Source of the DNA: Squalus acanthias
Taxonomy: Eukaryota
Direction of reading: 5' to 3'
NCBI GenBank assembly: GCA_030390025.1
Contig: CM059431.1
Coordinates: forward strand, 155,374,001 to 155,438,000
Length of the DNA stretch: 64,000 nt
Position numbers and translations under genes: made by a program. Positions 26,675-39,070 of the stretch are shown one piece after another (the first letter of the stretch is position 1; each line of letters begins with the position of its first letter). Below the pieces are notes generated by a model. That model saw only the letters and a list, made by a program, of their open reading frames with translations, was not told the DNA's origin and ran no database searches.

Positions 26675-27618
26675 ATGGCAGGAAATCTCGGAACCGTGTC
26701 GTGCTCCTCCTGTGCTATGTGGGAAATCAGGGACACTTCCAGTGTCCCTGACAACTATGTGTGTGGGAAGTGCGTCCAGCTGCAGCTCCTGACGGACAGC
26801 ATGGCGGCACTGGAGCTGCGGATGGACTCACTCTGGAGCATCCACGATGCCGAGAACTTTGTGGATTACTCAGTTAGTGAGTTGAACACACCGCGGGTAA
26901 AGGCTAGGTCAGACAGTAAATGGGTGACCACGAGGAAGGGCAATATCAGGAAGGTAGTGCAGGAGTCCCCTGCGGTCGTCTCCCTCCAAAACAGACATAC
27001 CGTTTTGGATACTGTTGGGGGAAATGACCTACCAGTGGAAGGCACCAGCAGCCAGGTTCATGGCACCATGGCTGCCTCTGCTGCACAGCAGGGCGGGAAA
27101 ATGAGTGGTAGAGCTACAGTGATAGGGGACTCAATTGTACGGGGAATAGACAGGAGTTTATTTGGCCGCAACCGAGATCCAGGATGGTATGTTGCCTCCC
27201 TGGTGCAAGGGTCAAGGATGTCTCGGAGCGGCTGCAGAACATTCTGGAAAGGGAGGGTGAAGAGACAGCTGTCGTGGTGCATGTAGGTACCAACGATATA
27301 GGTAAAAAGCGGAAAGAGGTCCTACAAGCAGAATTTAGGGAGCTAGGAGCTAAATTGAAAAGTAGGACCTCAAAGGTGGTAATCTCTGGGTGGCTACCAG
27401 TGCCACGTGCTAATCAGAGTAGCATGAACAGGATAGCGAGATTAAATACGTGGCTTGAGCAGTGGTGCAGGAGGGAGAGATTCAAATACCTGAGGCATTG
27501 GAACCAGTTCTGGGGGAAGTGGGACCTGTACAAAAAGGACGGTGTGCACTTGGGCAGGACTGGAACCGATGTCCTCGGGGTAATATTTGCTAAGGCAGTT
27601 CGGGAGGATTTAAACTAA
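26675..27618 (+). pseudogene. CR1 ORF1 (Cys/zipper N-terminus plus SGNH/GDSL esterase), one frameshift at ~27180
   Basis: CSSC...CGKC, VIGDSIVR, VVVHVGTNDI and DGVHL. Confidence 0.92.
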
Positions 27619-27665
27619 TATGGCAGGGGAATGGGAACCTATGTAGCGAAACAGGGGGATGTAAT

Positions 27666-30602
27666 ATGCAGTCAGAAACAAATGTTAGAAGGGTGAGAAA
27701 CAATAAGGGAAATCCGAGTAAACAAAGGCAAGAAACACAAAGGGCCATACTAAATCATAAGTCTAAAAGGACAAAGGGTGTTAATAAAACAAGCCTAAAG
27801 GCTCTGTGTCTTAATGCAAGGAGTATCCGTAATAAGGTGGATGAATTGACTGTGCACATTGATGTTAACGGATATGATTGGGATTTCAGAGACGTGGCTC
27901 CAGAACAATCAAGGCTGGGAACTGAATATCCAGGGGTATTCAACATTCAGGAAGGATAGAATAAAAGGAAAAGGTGGTGGGGTAGCATTGCTGGTTAAAA
28001 AGGAGATTAATGCAATAGCTAGGAAGGACATTAGCTTGGAGGATGTGGAATCAATATGGGTTGAGCTGCAGGACACCAAAGGGCAGAAAACGTTTCTGGG
28101 GGTTGTGTACAGACCTCCAAACAGTAGTAGTGAGGTGGGGGAGGGTATGAAACAGGAAATCAGAGGTGCATGCAAAAAAGGCGCAGCAGTTATCATGGGT
28201 GACTTTAATATGCATATAGATTGGGCTACTCAAACTGAAAGCAATACGGTGGAGGAGGATTTCCTGGAGTGTTTAAGGGATGGTTTCCTAAACCAATATG
28301 TTGAGGAACCAACTAGAGGGGAGGCCATCCTGGACTGGGTGTTATGTAATGAGGAAGGACTAATCAGCAATCTTGTGGTGCGAGGCCCCTTGGGGAAGAG
28401 TGACCATAGTATGGAGGAGTTCTACATTAGGATGGAGAAGGAAACAGTTAATTCAGAGACCATGGTCCAGAACTTAAATAAGGGCAACTTTGAGGGTATG
28501 AGGCGTGAATTGGCGAGGTTAGATTGGCAAGCAATATTTAAGGGGTTATCAGTGGAAGGGCAATGGCAGACATTTAGAGATCGCATGGATGAACTACAGC
28601 AATTGTACATCCCTGTCTGGCGTAAAAATAAAAAATGGAAGGTGACTCAACCATGGCTAACAAGGGAAAACAGGGATAGTATTAAAAGCAAGGAAGTGGC
28701 ATACAAATTGGCCAGAAGTAGCAGCAAACCCGGGGACTGGGATAACTTTAAAACTCAGCAGAGGAGGACGAAGGGTTTGATTAGGGCAGGGAAAATAAAA
28801 CATGAAAGGAAGCTTGCGGAGAACATTTAAACAGACTGCAAAAGCTTCTATAAATATGTAAAAAGAAAGAGGTTAGTAAAAACAAACGTAGGTCCGCTGC
28901 AGTCAGAAACAGGGGAAGTCTTAATGGGGAACAAAGAATTGGCAGATCAATTGAACAAGTACTTTCGTTCGGTGTTTACTGTGGAGAACACAAACAACCT
29001 TCCGGAAATAAAAGAGATCAAAGGATCTGGTAAGAGGGAGGAGCTGAGGGAAATGAAATTCTTATCAGTCGGGAAAAGGTGTTGGGGAAATTGATGGGAC
29101 TGAAGGCTGATAAATCCCCAGGGCCTGATGGTCTGCATCCCAGAGTACTTAAGGAGGTGGCCTTGGAAATAGTGGGTGCATTGACGATCATTTTCCAACA
29201 TTCCTTAGACTCTGGATCAGTTCCGAAGGAGTGGAGGGTGGCTAATGTAACCCCTCTTTTTAAAAAAGGAGGGAGGGAGAAAGCAGGGATTTATAGACCG
29301 GTCAGCCTGACATTGGTGGTGGGTAAAATGATGGAATCAAATGTTAAAGATGTCATAACAGACCATTTGGAAAGTGGCGACATGATAGGTCCAAGTCAGC
29401 ATGGATTTGTGAAAGGGAAATCATGCTTGACAAAGCTTCTGGAATTTTTTGAGGATGTTTCCAATAGGATGGACTGGGGGGAACCAGTAGATGTGGTGTA
29501 TTTGGACTTTCAGAAGGCATTCGACAAGGTCCCACACAAGAGATTGGTGTGCAAAGTTAAAGCACATGGGATTGGGGGTAATGTGTTGACGTGGATTGAG
29601 AACTGGTTGGCACACAGGAAAGCAAGAGTAGGAGTAAATGGGTACTTTTCAGAATGGCAGGCAGTGACCAGCGTGGTACCGCAGGGTTCGGTGCTGGGGC
29701 CCTAGCTGTTTACATTATATATTAATGATTTGGACGAAGGGATTATTTATAATATCTCCAAATTTGCGGATGACACTAAATTGGGAGGCAGTGTGAACAA
29801 TGAGGAGGATGCTAGGAGGCTACAGAGTGACTTGGACAGGTTGGGTGAATGGGCAAATGTATGGCAGATGAAGTACAATGTGGATAAATGTGAGGTTATC
29901 CACTTTGGTGGTAAAAATAGAGAGGCGGACTATTACCTGAATGGTGGCAGATTAGGGAAAGGGGACGTGCAACGAGACCTGGGCGTCATGGTACATCAGT
30001 CACTGAAGGTGGGAAGGCAAGTGCAGCAGGCAGTCAAGCAAGCAAATGGCATGATGGCCTTCATAGCAAGGGGATTTGAGTACAGGAGTAGGGAGATGAT
30101 GCTACAGTTGTACAGGGCCTTGGTGAGGCCACACCTGGAGTATTGTGTGCAGTTTTGGTCTCCTAACTTGAGGAAGGACATTCTTGCTTTTGAGGGAGTG
30201 CAACGAAGGTTCACTAGATTGATTCCTGGGATGGCCAGGCTGACCTATCAAGAAAGACTGGATCAACTGAACTTGTATCCTCTGGAGTTCAGAAGAATGA
30301 GGGGGGATCTTATAGAGACGTTTAAAATCCTGACTGGTTTAGACATATTAGATGCGGGCAGAATGTTTCCAATGTTAGGGGAAACTAAAACCAGGGGTCA
30401 CAGTCTAAGGATAAAGGGGAAGTCATTTAAAACTGAGATTAGGAGAAACTTCTTCACCCAGAGAGTGGTCATTCTGTGGAATTCTCTACCACAGAAGGTG
30501 GTTGAGGCCAGTTCGCTAAATATATTCAAAAGGGAGTTAGATATAATACTCACAACTAGGGGGATCAAGGGGTATGGCGAGAAAGCAGGAATGGGGTACT
30601 GA
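27666..30602 (+). pseudogene. CR1 ORF2 (APE endonuclease plus reverse transcriptase) with frameshifts at ~27875 and ~29055 and stops at 28828 and 29703
   Basis: LNARSIRNK, ISETWL, VVYRPP, IMGDFN, SDH, YLDFQKAFDKVPH and KFADD. Confidence 0.95.
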
Positions 30603-32459
30603 GGTAGCATGTTCAGCCATGAACGCATTGAATGGCGGTGCAGGCTCGAAGGACCGAATGGTCTACTCCTGCACCTATTTTCTATGTTTATATGTTTCTA
30701 TGTTCGCCGACAATTCTCTGCTCTACCGCTCCACCACCTCTCCCGCCCCCTCCACTGACTCTGCTTTCTCACGCTGCTTTTCCGACAGCCAGTCTGAGAT
30801 ATGCTACACATTTCTCCATATAAATACTGGGAAGAGGGAAGACCTGGTCTTCGACCCCCGCTGCAAATTTTCTTCATTGTCGGTGATTCTAGCCCCGTCT
30901 CAGCCAGTGTCTCGGATTGAACCAGGCTGTTTACAACTTCAGCGTTCTAAATGACGCCAAGCTGAGCTTCCGACACGATATTCTCTCCACCACATAGACC
31001 GCCTGCTTTCACTTCCATAATATTGCCCATGTTTATCCTTGCTTCAGTCTAGCTGCTGCTGAAATCCTCATGCATGCTTTTATCTCTGTAGACTCGATTT
31101 TCCAGTGCAATACGGGTCGAATTTGCTCCTTTCACCCTCCGTAAACTGGGCTGGATACAAAGTGCTGCTCAACGATCACCCCTGTCCTTGCGAACTTACA
31201 TTAGCACCTGGTCCCTCAGTACCTCCAGATTACCATTATCATCCTCATTTAACTCGTTTCATGGTCTTGTCCCTCCCTGTCTCTGTAACCTCCTCCAGCC
31301 CTACAAGCCCCCACCACCAAGATCTCGCTGTTGCTCCGGCTCTGGGCTCGAATATATTTCACCGTCTCCTCAGCTCATCTATGGCGGCTCTGCGTTCCGC
31401 TGTCCCGGTTCTCGGATCTGAAATTCCCCACCTGAACCTCTCCACTTCCTCCCCTCCTTTTAAGATGCACCTAAAACCGACTTATTTGACCAACCTTTTG
31501 GTCCACTCCTCCTTCTACCTCCTTTATTCAGCGCTCTACTTTTGTCTGATTCGGCTTCCGTGAAGTGCCTTTGGAATTTGTTCGAGGTTTAAATCGCTGT
31601 GGAAATGCAAGTAGTTGTTGTGACTTATGGGGTTATTATACGAGGTATGAAACAGCAGATAACTTAGTTTTACAGGTTCTCAAACTTATTTCTAAATTAA
31701 TTCCGGTAAATAAATTCAACTATAGTTTGGAGAAATTACTGATTCGAGACTGAAACTGCATTTCTGTACATGGGAAATGAAGGGACGCGCCTGATAGTCT
31801 CATGGACCAACGTGTGTGGACACACACAATGAGACACAAGTGAAGAATTATGGTTCTATAACAGCAGTCACATCTACCACTTGCATATTTATGGTCCAAT
31901 GTGAGATTGTCTGACCGCTAAATATATTCCACTAATCAATGGTAAGCAACACCTCACCTTTTAAAGGGACACTATCCGTAACATTATTCATTAGTGTTAA
32001 TATTAGTGGAACAGCGGTAAATGTCCTCACCTGCTACAGAGCTCAGCAGTCAGGTGCTGACACCATGAGAGATATGGTCAATATATTCAAATATAGGCAA
32101 CAACCTGGATACAGTTCCATGAACACACGGAAATTTACACAGCCCATAGAGACCAGAGGGATCACACCCAGCAATATATTGTTTATTTGGATAGATATCG
32201 TATTCATAAATTACCTGGAATGTAATGTCAAAATTCAGCAAATCCAAAATATTAAACAAGAATCTGTGAATATATATAATATTATGCCGCCAGACTGTAA
32301 AACCGAGTGAAGGATCTTTTAATTCATATTTCCCGGCAGAATATTTTCTACCTCAGGAAAATAATGGTTTTGGCCTGCACTGTGAATAAAGCTCACTAAC
32401 GTACGCTACCATTGCGGATTCTCGGCCGACGAGAGCCCATCAGTAACTCGGTTGTGGAG

Positions 32460-32998
32460 ATGAACAACAACAGCTTGCATTTATATAGCGCTTCTAACAT
32501 AGTAAAAGGTCCCAATGCGCTTCATAGGAGTGTCCTAACTCGCATGAAGTCCCGTTCGCCCATCTCCCCTGTGCACGCTCACCTAAATGGGCTCCCCGTT
32601 AAGCAGGGCCTCGATTTCAAAATTATCATCCTTGTTTTCATATCCCTCCATGGCCTCGCCCTTTCCTATCTCTGTAATCTCCTTCAGCACCATAAAAATC
32701 CGAGATCTGCGCTCCTCTAATTTTGCCCTCTTGAGCAATCCTGTTTATAATCGCTCACTGTTTCCTCGGCCCTCAGCTCTGAAATTGCCTCCCTTAACCA
32801 GTCCGCCTCGCCACCTCACTTTCCTCCATTAAGACGCTCCTTAAAATCTACCTCTTTGACCAAAATTTTGGTCACCTGCCGTAAGTTATCTTTATGTGGC
32901 TCGGTGTCAATTTTTTTTGTTTTACAATATTCCTGTGCAGTACCTTGGGACGTTTTAGTACGTTAAAGGCGCTATAGAAATACATGTTATTATTGTTA
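32460..32998 (+). mobile_element. L2 3' end fragments (short minus tail at 32460-32530, then plus-strand 3' end)
   Basis: RMKSRSPISPVHAHLNGLPVKQGLDFKI. Tail 'aaaggcgctatagaaatacatgttattattgtt'. Confidence 0.8.
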
Positions 32999-32999
32999 T

Positions 33000-35900
33000 A
33001 AGACAAAAATTTGACACCGTGCCACATAAGAAGAAATAATGCCAGATGACTAAAAGATCAAAGAGTTAGCTTTTAAGGTGCGACTTAAAGGAGGAAGGAG
33101 AGGTAGAAAGGCGGAGAGGTTTCGGGAGGGAATTCCAGAGCTTAGGACCTTGGCAACTGAAGGCACGGCCACCAATGGTTGAGCGATTATAATCAGAGAT
33201 GCTCAAGAGGGTAGAATTATAGCAGCGCATTTATCTCGTGGGTGTGGGTTGGTGGGGGATGAGGCTGGAAGAGATTAGAGTTAGGGAGGTGCGAGGCCAT
33301 GGATCTATTTGAAAACAAGGGTGAGAATTTTGAAATTGAGGCGCTGCTTAATCGGAATCCAATGTAGGTCAGCGAGCACAGGTGTGATGAATGAACGGGA
33401 CTTGGGTTGAATTAGGACACGGGCACCCGAGGTTTGGATGATTCCTAGTTTACGTCGGGTAGAACGTGGGTGGCCAGCCAGGAGTGTGTTGGAAAAATCA
33501 ATTCTAGAGGTAACAAAGGCGTGGATGAGGTTTTCAGCAGCAGATGTGCTGATGCGGGGGCGGAGGCGGGCGATGTTAAGGATGTGGATATGGTCGTCTT
33601 AGTGATGCCTTGTACATGTGGTCGGAAGCTCATTTCAGTGTCAAATATGAATCCTATGTTGCGAAAAGTGTGGTTCGGCCTTAGACAGATTATAGTGAGA
33701 GGGATGGATTCGGTCATGGAGAACGAAAACAATTTCTTCCCAATATTTAACTGGAGAATGTTTCTGCTCATCCAGAACTGGATGTCAGACAATTTAGAGA
33801 CCGTGGAGGGGTCGAGAGAAGTGTTGGTGAGGTAGAGATGGGTGTCGTCAGCGTACATGTGGAAACTGACGCTGTGTTTTCCGATTATGTCGTCAAGTGG
33901 CAGCTGGCAGATGAGTAATAGCAGATGCCAAGGATAGATTCTTGGAGACACCATCGATAACGATGCTCGAGCGGGAAGAGAAGCCATTGTAGTTGATTCT
34001 CTGGCTACGATAGATAAGATTGGATCCAGGCCAGTGCAGTCCCACACTGCTGGACGACGGTGGAAAGGTGTTGGAGGAGTTTGGATTGGTCAACCATGTC
34101 AAAAGCTGCTGAGAAGTCGAGAAGGACGAGGAGGGATAGTTTGTCTTTGACGCAGTCACAAAGAATGTCATTCGTGACTTCGATCAGAGCCGTTCCGGTA
34201 CTGTGGCCGGGGCTGAAACCTGATTGGAGCGATTCAAACATAGAGTTCCAGGAAAGATGGGAATGGATTTGGGAGGCGACAACATGTTCAAGGACTTTGG
34301 AGCGGAAAGGGAGTTTGGAAATGCGGCGATAATTTGGAAGAACGGAGGATTCGAGGGTTATTGTTTTTTAGGAGAGTTGTTATGACGGCAGATTTGAAGG
34401 AGAGCGGGACAGTACCTCTGGAGAGAGAACCGTTAACAATGTCAGCTAACAAAGTAGCCAGAAAAGGAAGTTAGGTGCTCAGCAGTTTGGTGGGAATAGG
34501 GTCGAGGGAGCAGGAAGTGGGTCTCATGGGCCAGATGAGCACAGAGAGGTAAGGAGGCGAGATCGGAGAGAACCTGGAGAAAGATGTGAGTTCAGGGCTA
34601 GGGCATTGGGGAGACTTAGAAGAAGTTTGGCCCGTTGGGCTAGTGGAAGGATGAGAAGTAGTAGAGGCCGCTGATCGAATGCTATCAATCTTAGAGACAA
34701 GGAAGTTCATGTGCTCCTCGCACTTGTTGTTGAAGGTGAGGGTGGAGGAGACAAGGGATAGGGATTTAAGAAGTTGTTTAGCAGTGGAGAATAGAAGCCG
34801 GGGTTTAGCTTTGCATTCCAGAATGATTCTGGAACAGTGAGCAATTTTGGCAGACGAGAGCAGGACCCTATAATGCTTTATGTGATCCAGCCAAATCTGG
34901 TGGCGAATGGCTAAACCAGTGGTCCACCATATCCGTTCAGCTCTGCGTCTCTTGGACTTAATTTTTCAAAACTCCCTGGATTCCGCTAAGGTCCCGGCAG
35001 ACTGGAAAACTGCTAATGTAACACCCTTATTTAAAAAGGGCGGTAGACAGAAGGCTGGTAACTATAGACCGGTTAGCCTAACATCTGTGGTAGGTAAAAT
35101 TTTCGAGTTCATTATTAAGGAAACACTAACAGGACATTTGGATAATCATAATTTAATAGGAAAATGTCAGCATGGTTTTACGAAGGGGAAGTCATGTTTG
35201 ACAAATTTGCTGGAGTTCTTTGAGGAAGTAACATATAGAGTGGATAAAGGGGAACCATTCGAAGTAGTGTATTTAGACTTCCAAAAGGCATTTGACAAGG
35301 TGCCACACAAAAGATTATTGCTTAAGGTAAAAAATCACGGGATTGGGGGTAATATTCTGGCATGGATTGAGGATTGGCTATCTAACAGAAAGCAAAGAGT
35401 TGGGATAAATGTTTCATTCTCAGACTGGCAATCAGTAAGTAGTGGTGTTCCACAGGGGTCAGTGCTGGGTCCCCAACTCTTTACAATCTATATTAACGAT
35501 TTGGAGGAAGGGACCAAGTGTAACATATCAAAATTTGCAGATGATACAAAGATGGGAGGGGAAGTAGCGAGTGAGGAGGACATAAAAAACCTGCAAGGGG
35601 ACATAGACAGGCTAAGTAAGTGGGCAGAGATTTGGCAGATGGAATACAACACTGGAAAGTGTGAGGTGATGCACTTTGGCAGGAAAAATCCTAGAGCAAT
35701 TTATTATCTTAATGGCAAGAAACTGGAGAGTACTGAAGTGCAAAGGGATCTGGGGTTCCTGGTGCACGAAACTCAAACGGTTAGTATGCAGGTGCAGCAA
35801 GTGATTAAGAAGGCAAATGGAATGTTGGCTTTCATTGCTAGGGGAATTGAATAAAAAAATAGGGAGGTATTGCTTCAGATGTACAAGGTATTGGTGAGAC

Positions 35901-36910
35901 CGCACCTGGAATACTGCATACAGTTTTGGTGTCCTTACTTAAGGAAAGACATCCTTGCTCTCGAGGCAGTGCAAAAAAGGTTCACTCGGTTAATCCCGGG
36001 GATGAGGGGGTGGTCATATGAGGAGAGGTTGGGTAGATTGGGACTCTACTCACTGGAGTTCAAAAGAATGAGAGGCGATCTTATTGAAACATATAAGATT
36101 GTGAAGGGGTTGGATCGGGTGGATGCGGGGAGGATGTTCCCGATGACGGGTGAGACTAGAACTAGGGGACATAGTCTTAGAATAAGGGGCTGCTCTTTCA
36201 AAACTGAGATGCGGAGGAACTACTTCACTCAGAGGGTGGTAGGTCCATGGAATATGCTGCCACAAAAAGCTGTAGAAGCTACATCATTAAATAAATTTAA
36301 AACAGAAATAGACAGTTTCCTAGAAGTAAAGGGCATTAAGGGTTACGGGGAGCGGGCAGGAATTTGGGCATGAGTCTAGGTTCGGATCGGTCATGGCCCT
36401 GTGGGTAGTGGAGCGGGCCCAAGGACCGTGTAGCCTGATTCTGCTCCTATTTCGTGTGTGCAATTCTGTTAGATGCAGGAGATGGTTCTGTGATAGATAG
36501 TAAATTGGCGGTTAGGATCAGATCAGCCATGAACGCATTGAATGGCGGTGCAGGCTCGAAGGACCGAATGGTCTACTCCTGTACCTATTTTCTATGTTTC
36601 TATGTTTCTATGTTTCTATGTTATGTTCTTAAGGGAGCGAAGACGAGCGCCGTACCAATTGGAACAGCCATGGTGAGACAGTGTAATTGATTGAATAGGG
36701 ACTACCTCATCGAAGGTGGTGGTGAGGGTGTGGTTGAGCAGATCGATAGCTGCAGAAATGTGTTGTTGAATGGAGGGCCAAGGCTGAACATTTGAGATTT
36801 CGTAAGTGCAGATTTAAGAGATTTGGGCGAGAGTTTTTTTTCCAGAGGAGGAAGCAGAATGAAGTAGGGTTGAGGGAGAAGGGGGATGTGGATGTGGATG
36901 GAGAGTGAGA
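33000..36910 (-). mobile_element. Degenerate L2 LINE interrupted by a CR1 (L2 parts 33000-34961 and 36628-36910)
   Basis: SFHMYADDTHLY, FESLQSGF...LVLLDFSAAFDMVD and SCSLDPIPTKLL. Paralog of 3960-6060. Confidence 0.92.
34962..36627 (+). mobile_element. 5'-truncated CR1 of a second family, carrying two 3'-UTR-like ends in tandem
   Basis: RT motifs and one stop at 35852. TSD cttaa (34957-34961 / 36628-36632). Confidence 0.95.
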
Positions 36911-36954
36911 GAAGTAAATGATCATCTTTCCGAACGACATTACCTTAAGTGGCA

Positions 36955-37590
36955 CTGTAAAGTAAGATAGACTGTAAGATATGCATATTTATAGTGCCTT
37001 TCACGATCTGAGGACATCCCAAAGTACTTGACAGCCAATTAAATACTTTTGAATTGTAGTCACTGTTGTAATATAGGAAACGCAAATAGCATAGATTGGA
37101 GTAGAAAGTTGCAAAGGGAAAGGGATACATTAAGTTGGTGGGAAAAACTGTGGCAAATAGAGTTCAATTTAACAATGTATGATGCCATCCACTTTGGACA
37201 TAAGAAAGATAGATCAGAGTATTTTCTTAACCAAGCAAAGCTAGGAACGGTAGATGAGCAGACTGATTCAGGCGTCGAAGTAAATGCTAGTGGACAGATG
37301 GAAAAACAATGCAAATGCGAATGAATTGCTGGTCTTTATCTCAAGAGGGCTGTAATAGAAAATGTTGAAAGTTATGTTACAGCTGTACGGCGCTCTGGTT
37401 AGATCCCTTCTGGGGTATTTCAATCAGATCTGTGTACCAAACATTCGAGTGGCTGTAACGCAGATTCAGCAGAGTGATACCGGGGCTAAAAGGGTTAAAT
37501 TTTGAGGACAGTTTCCATAGATTAAGCTAGCATTCTTCTGAATATAGAAGATTAAGAACAGATCTACTTGCAGTGTTTAAGATGATTATA
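36955..37590. mobile_element. SINE/L2-type tail (minus, ~36955-37090) plus old CR1 fragments (plus)
   Basis: 'gcatatttatagtgcctttcacga...gtagtcactgttgtaat' matches the SINE at 38645. WQIEFN...IHFG remnant. Confidence 0.65.
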
Positions 37591-38644
37591 GATTTTTTAG
37601 ACGTTCATGGGATGTGGACGTCGCTGTCAAGGCCATCATTTATTGCCCATCAGTAATTGCCATTGAGAAGGTGGTGGTGCGCCGCTTTCTTGAACCGCTG
37701 CTATCCGCACGGCAAAGATAATCCCAAAGTGCTGTTAGGGAGGGAGTTCCAAGGTTTTGAACGAGCGGCGATGAAGGAACGGCAATATACTACCAAACCA
37801 GAATGTTATGTAACTTGGAGTGAAACTTGCATTGATGGTGTTCCAATGAACCTGCTGCCCTTGCCCTTCTAGGTGATAGAGTTCGCGGGTCAGGGAGGTG
37901 CTACCGAAGAAACCTTGGCGAGCTGCCTTCTTGTAGATGTGACACACAACAACCACACTGCGCCAGTGGTGAAGGGTGTGAATGTTTAAGATGGTGGATA
38001 ATATGCCAATCATGCGGGCTGCTTTGTCATGAATGGTTTCGAGCTTCTTGAGTGTTGTTGGAGCTGTACTCATCCAGGCAAGTGAAGAGTATTTCATCAC
38101 ACTCCTGACTTCTGCATTGTAACTGGGGAAAGGCTATGGTGAATCAGGAGGTGAGAAACTCGCCGCAGAATACCCAGCATCTGACATGCTCTTGTTGCCA
38201 CAATATTTTTGTGTCTGGTCCAGTTAAGTTTCTTGTCAATGGTGAGCCGCCAGGATGATGATGGTGGCCGATTCGGCGATGGAAATTCCGTTGAATATCA
38301 AGGGGCGGTGGTTAGGCTCTCGCTTGTTGGAGATAGTTATTGTCTGGCACTTGAGTGGCGTGAATGTTACTTGCCACTTAACAGCCCAAGCCTGAATATC
38401 GTCTAGATCTTGTTGCATGCGGGTATGGACTGCTTCATTATTTGAGGACTTGTGAATGGCATTGCAAGCTATGGAGTCATCAGCGAACATCCAAACTTCT
38501 GACCTTATGATGGAGGGAAGTTCATTGATGAAACACCTGAAGATGGTCGGGCCGAGGACACCGCCGTGAGGAACTTCGATCGATATCCCGGGGCTGTGAT
38601 GATTGAGCTACAACAACCACAGCCATCTTCCTTTGTGCTAGGTA

Positions 38645-39070
38645 AAAGTAAAGAAAGAATTGCATTTATATAGCGCCTTTAACGACCACCGGTCATCTGA
38701 AAGCGTTTTATTGTCAATGAAGAATAGTGACTGTTGTAATTTGGGAAACACGGCAGCCAATTTGCACACAGCAAGCTCCCACAAACAGCAATGTGATGAT
38801 GAAAAGATAATCTGTTTTTTTTGTGTTGTTTATTGTGGGAAGAATATTGTCTTGTACTCGGGGGAAAACTCACCTGCAGTTCTTCGAAATAGTGCCATGG
38901 GATCGTTTACGTCCACCTGAGAGAACAGATGGGGCCTCGGTTTAACGTCTCATCTGAAAGACGACACCTCCGACAGTACAGCGCTCCCTTAGCATTGCAG
39001 TGGAGTGTCAGCTTACACTTCTGAGACTCAGAGGCCAGTGTGCTACCCCCTGAGCCACAATTGACACTGA
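38645..39070 (-). mobile_element. tRNA-derived Deu-domain SINE with L2-like tail (SacSINE1-like)
   Basis: Head with an A-box-like 'tggctcagggggtagc' on the minus strand. Deu-domain core 'cctcggtttaacgtctcatctgaaagacgacacctccgacagtacagc'. Tail 'ttgcatttatatagcgccttt'. The flanking LINE rejoins as gtgctaggta|tgactcc. Confidence 0.8.

Larger units (their letters stand above)
26244..30702 (+). mobile_element. Full-length (~4.46 kb) CR1 LINE, mildly decayed
   Basis: 5' UTR, ORF1, ORF2 (APE plus RT), 3' UTR and (TTTCTATG)-type tail. ATG duplicated at 26241-26243 / 30700-30702. Confidence 0.97.
25780..31622 (+). mobile_element. Degenerate L2 3' half, split by a full-length CR1 (L2 parts 25780-26243 and 30703-31622)
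   Basis: Paralog of 14700-15940. The joined flanks read TTT CAC ATG|TTC GCC GAC (FHMFAD), the L2 RT YADD region. Confidence 0.85.
1..36910. repeat. Old tandem segmental triplication, ~11-13 kb unit, each copy with different deletions and later TE insertions
   Basis: Collinear homologous blocks: 1-760 ~ 9720-10560 ~ 20910-21740; 770-1440 ~ 12695-13350 ~ 23890-24600; 7030-7500 ~ 19925-20400; 14160-16040 ~ 25240-26243 plus 30703-31720; 3888-6060 ~ 32924-36910 (same tail-to-tail L2 junction). Confidence 0.9.

Noticed and set aside
27870..29059. -5 nt and +5 nt indels in CR1 ORF2 as compensating frameshifts
   Set aside because: They lie about 1.2 kb apart and the shifted frame stops at 27959, so they do not compensate.
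31676..31705. 30-nt micro-exon candidate (ttttacag|VLKLISKLIP|gtaaat)
   Set aside because: The paralog at ~15995 is 29 nt and lacks the GT donor, and the phase does not fit X or Y.
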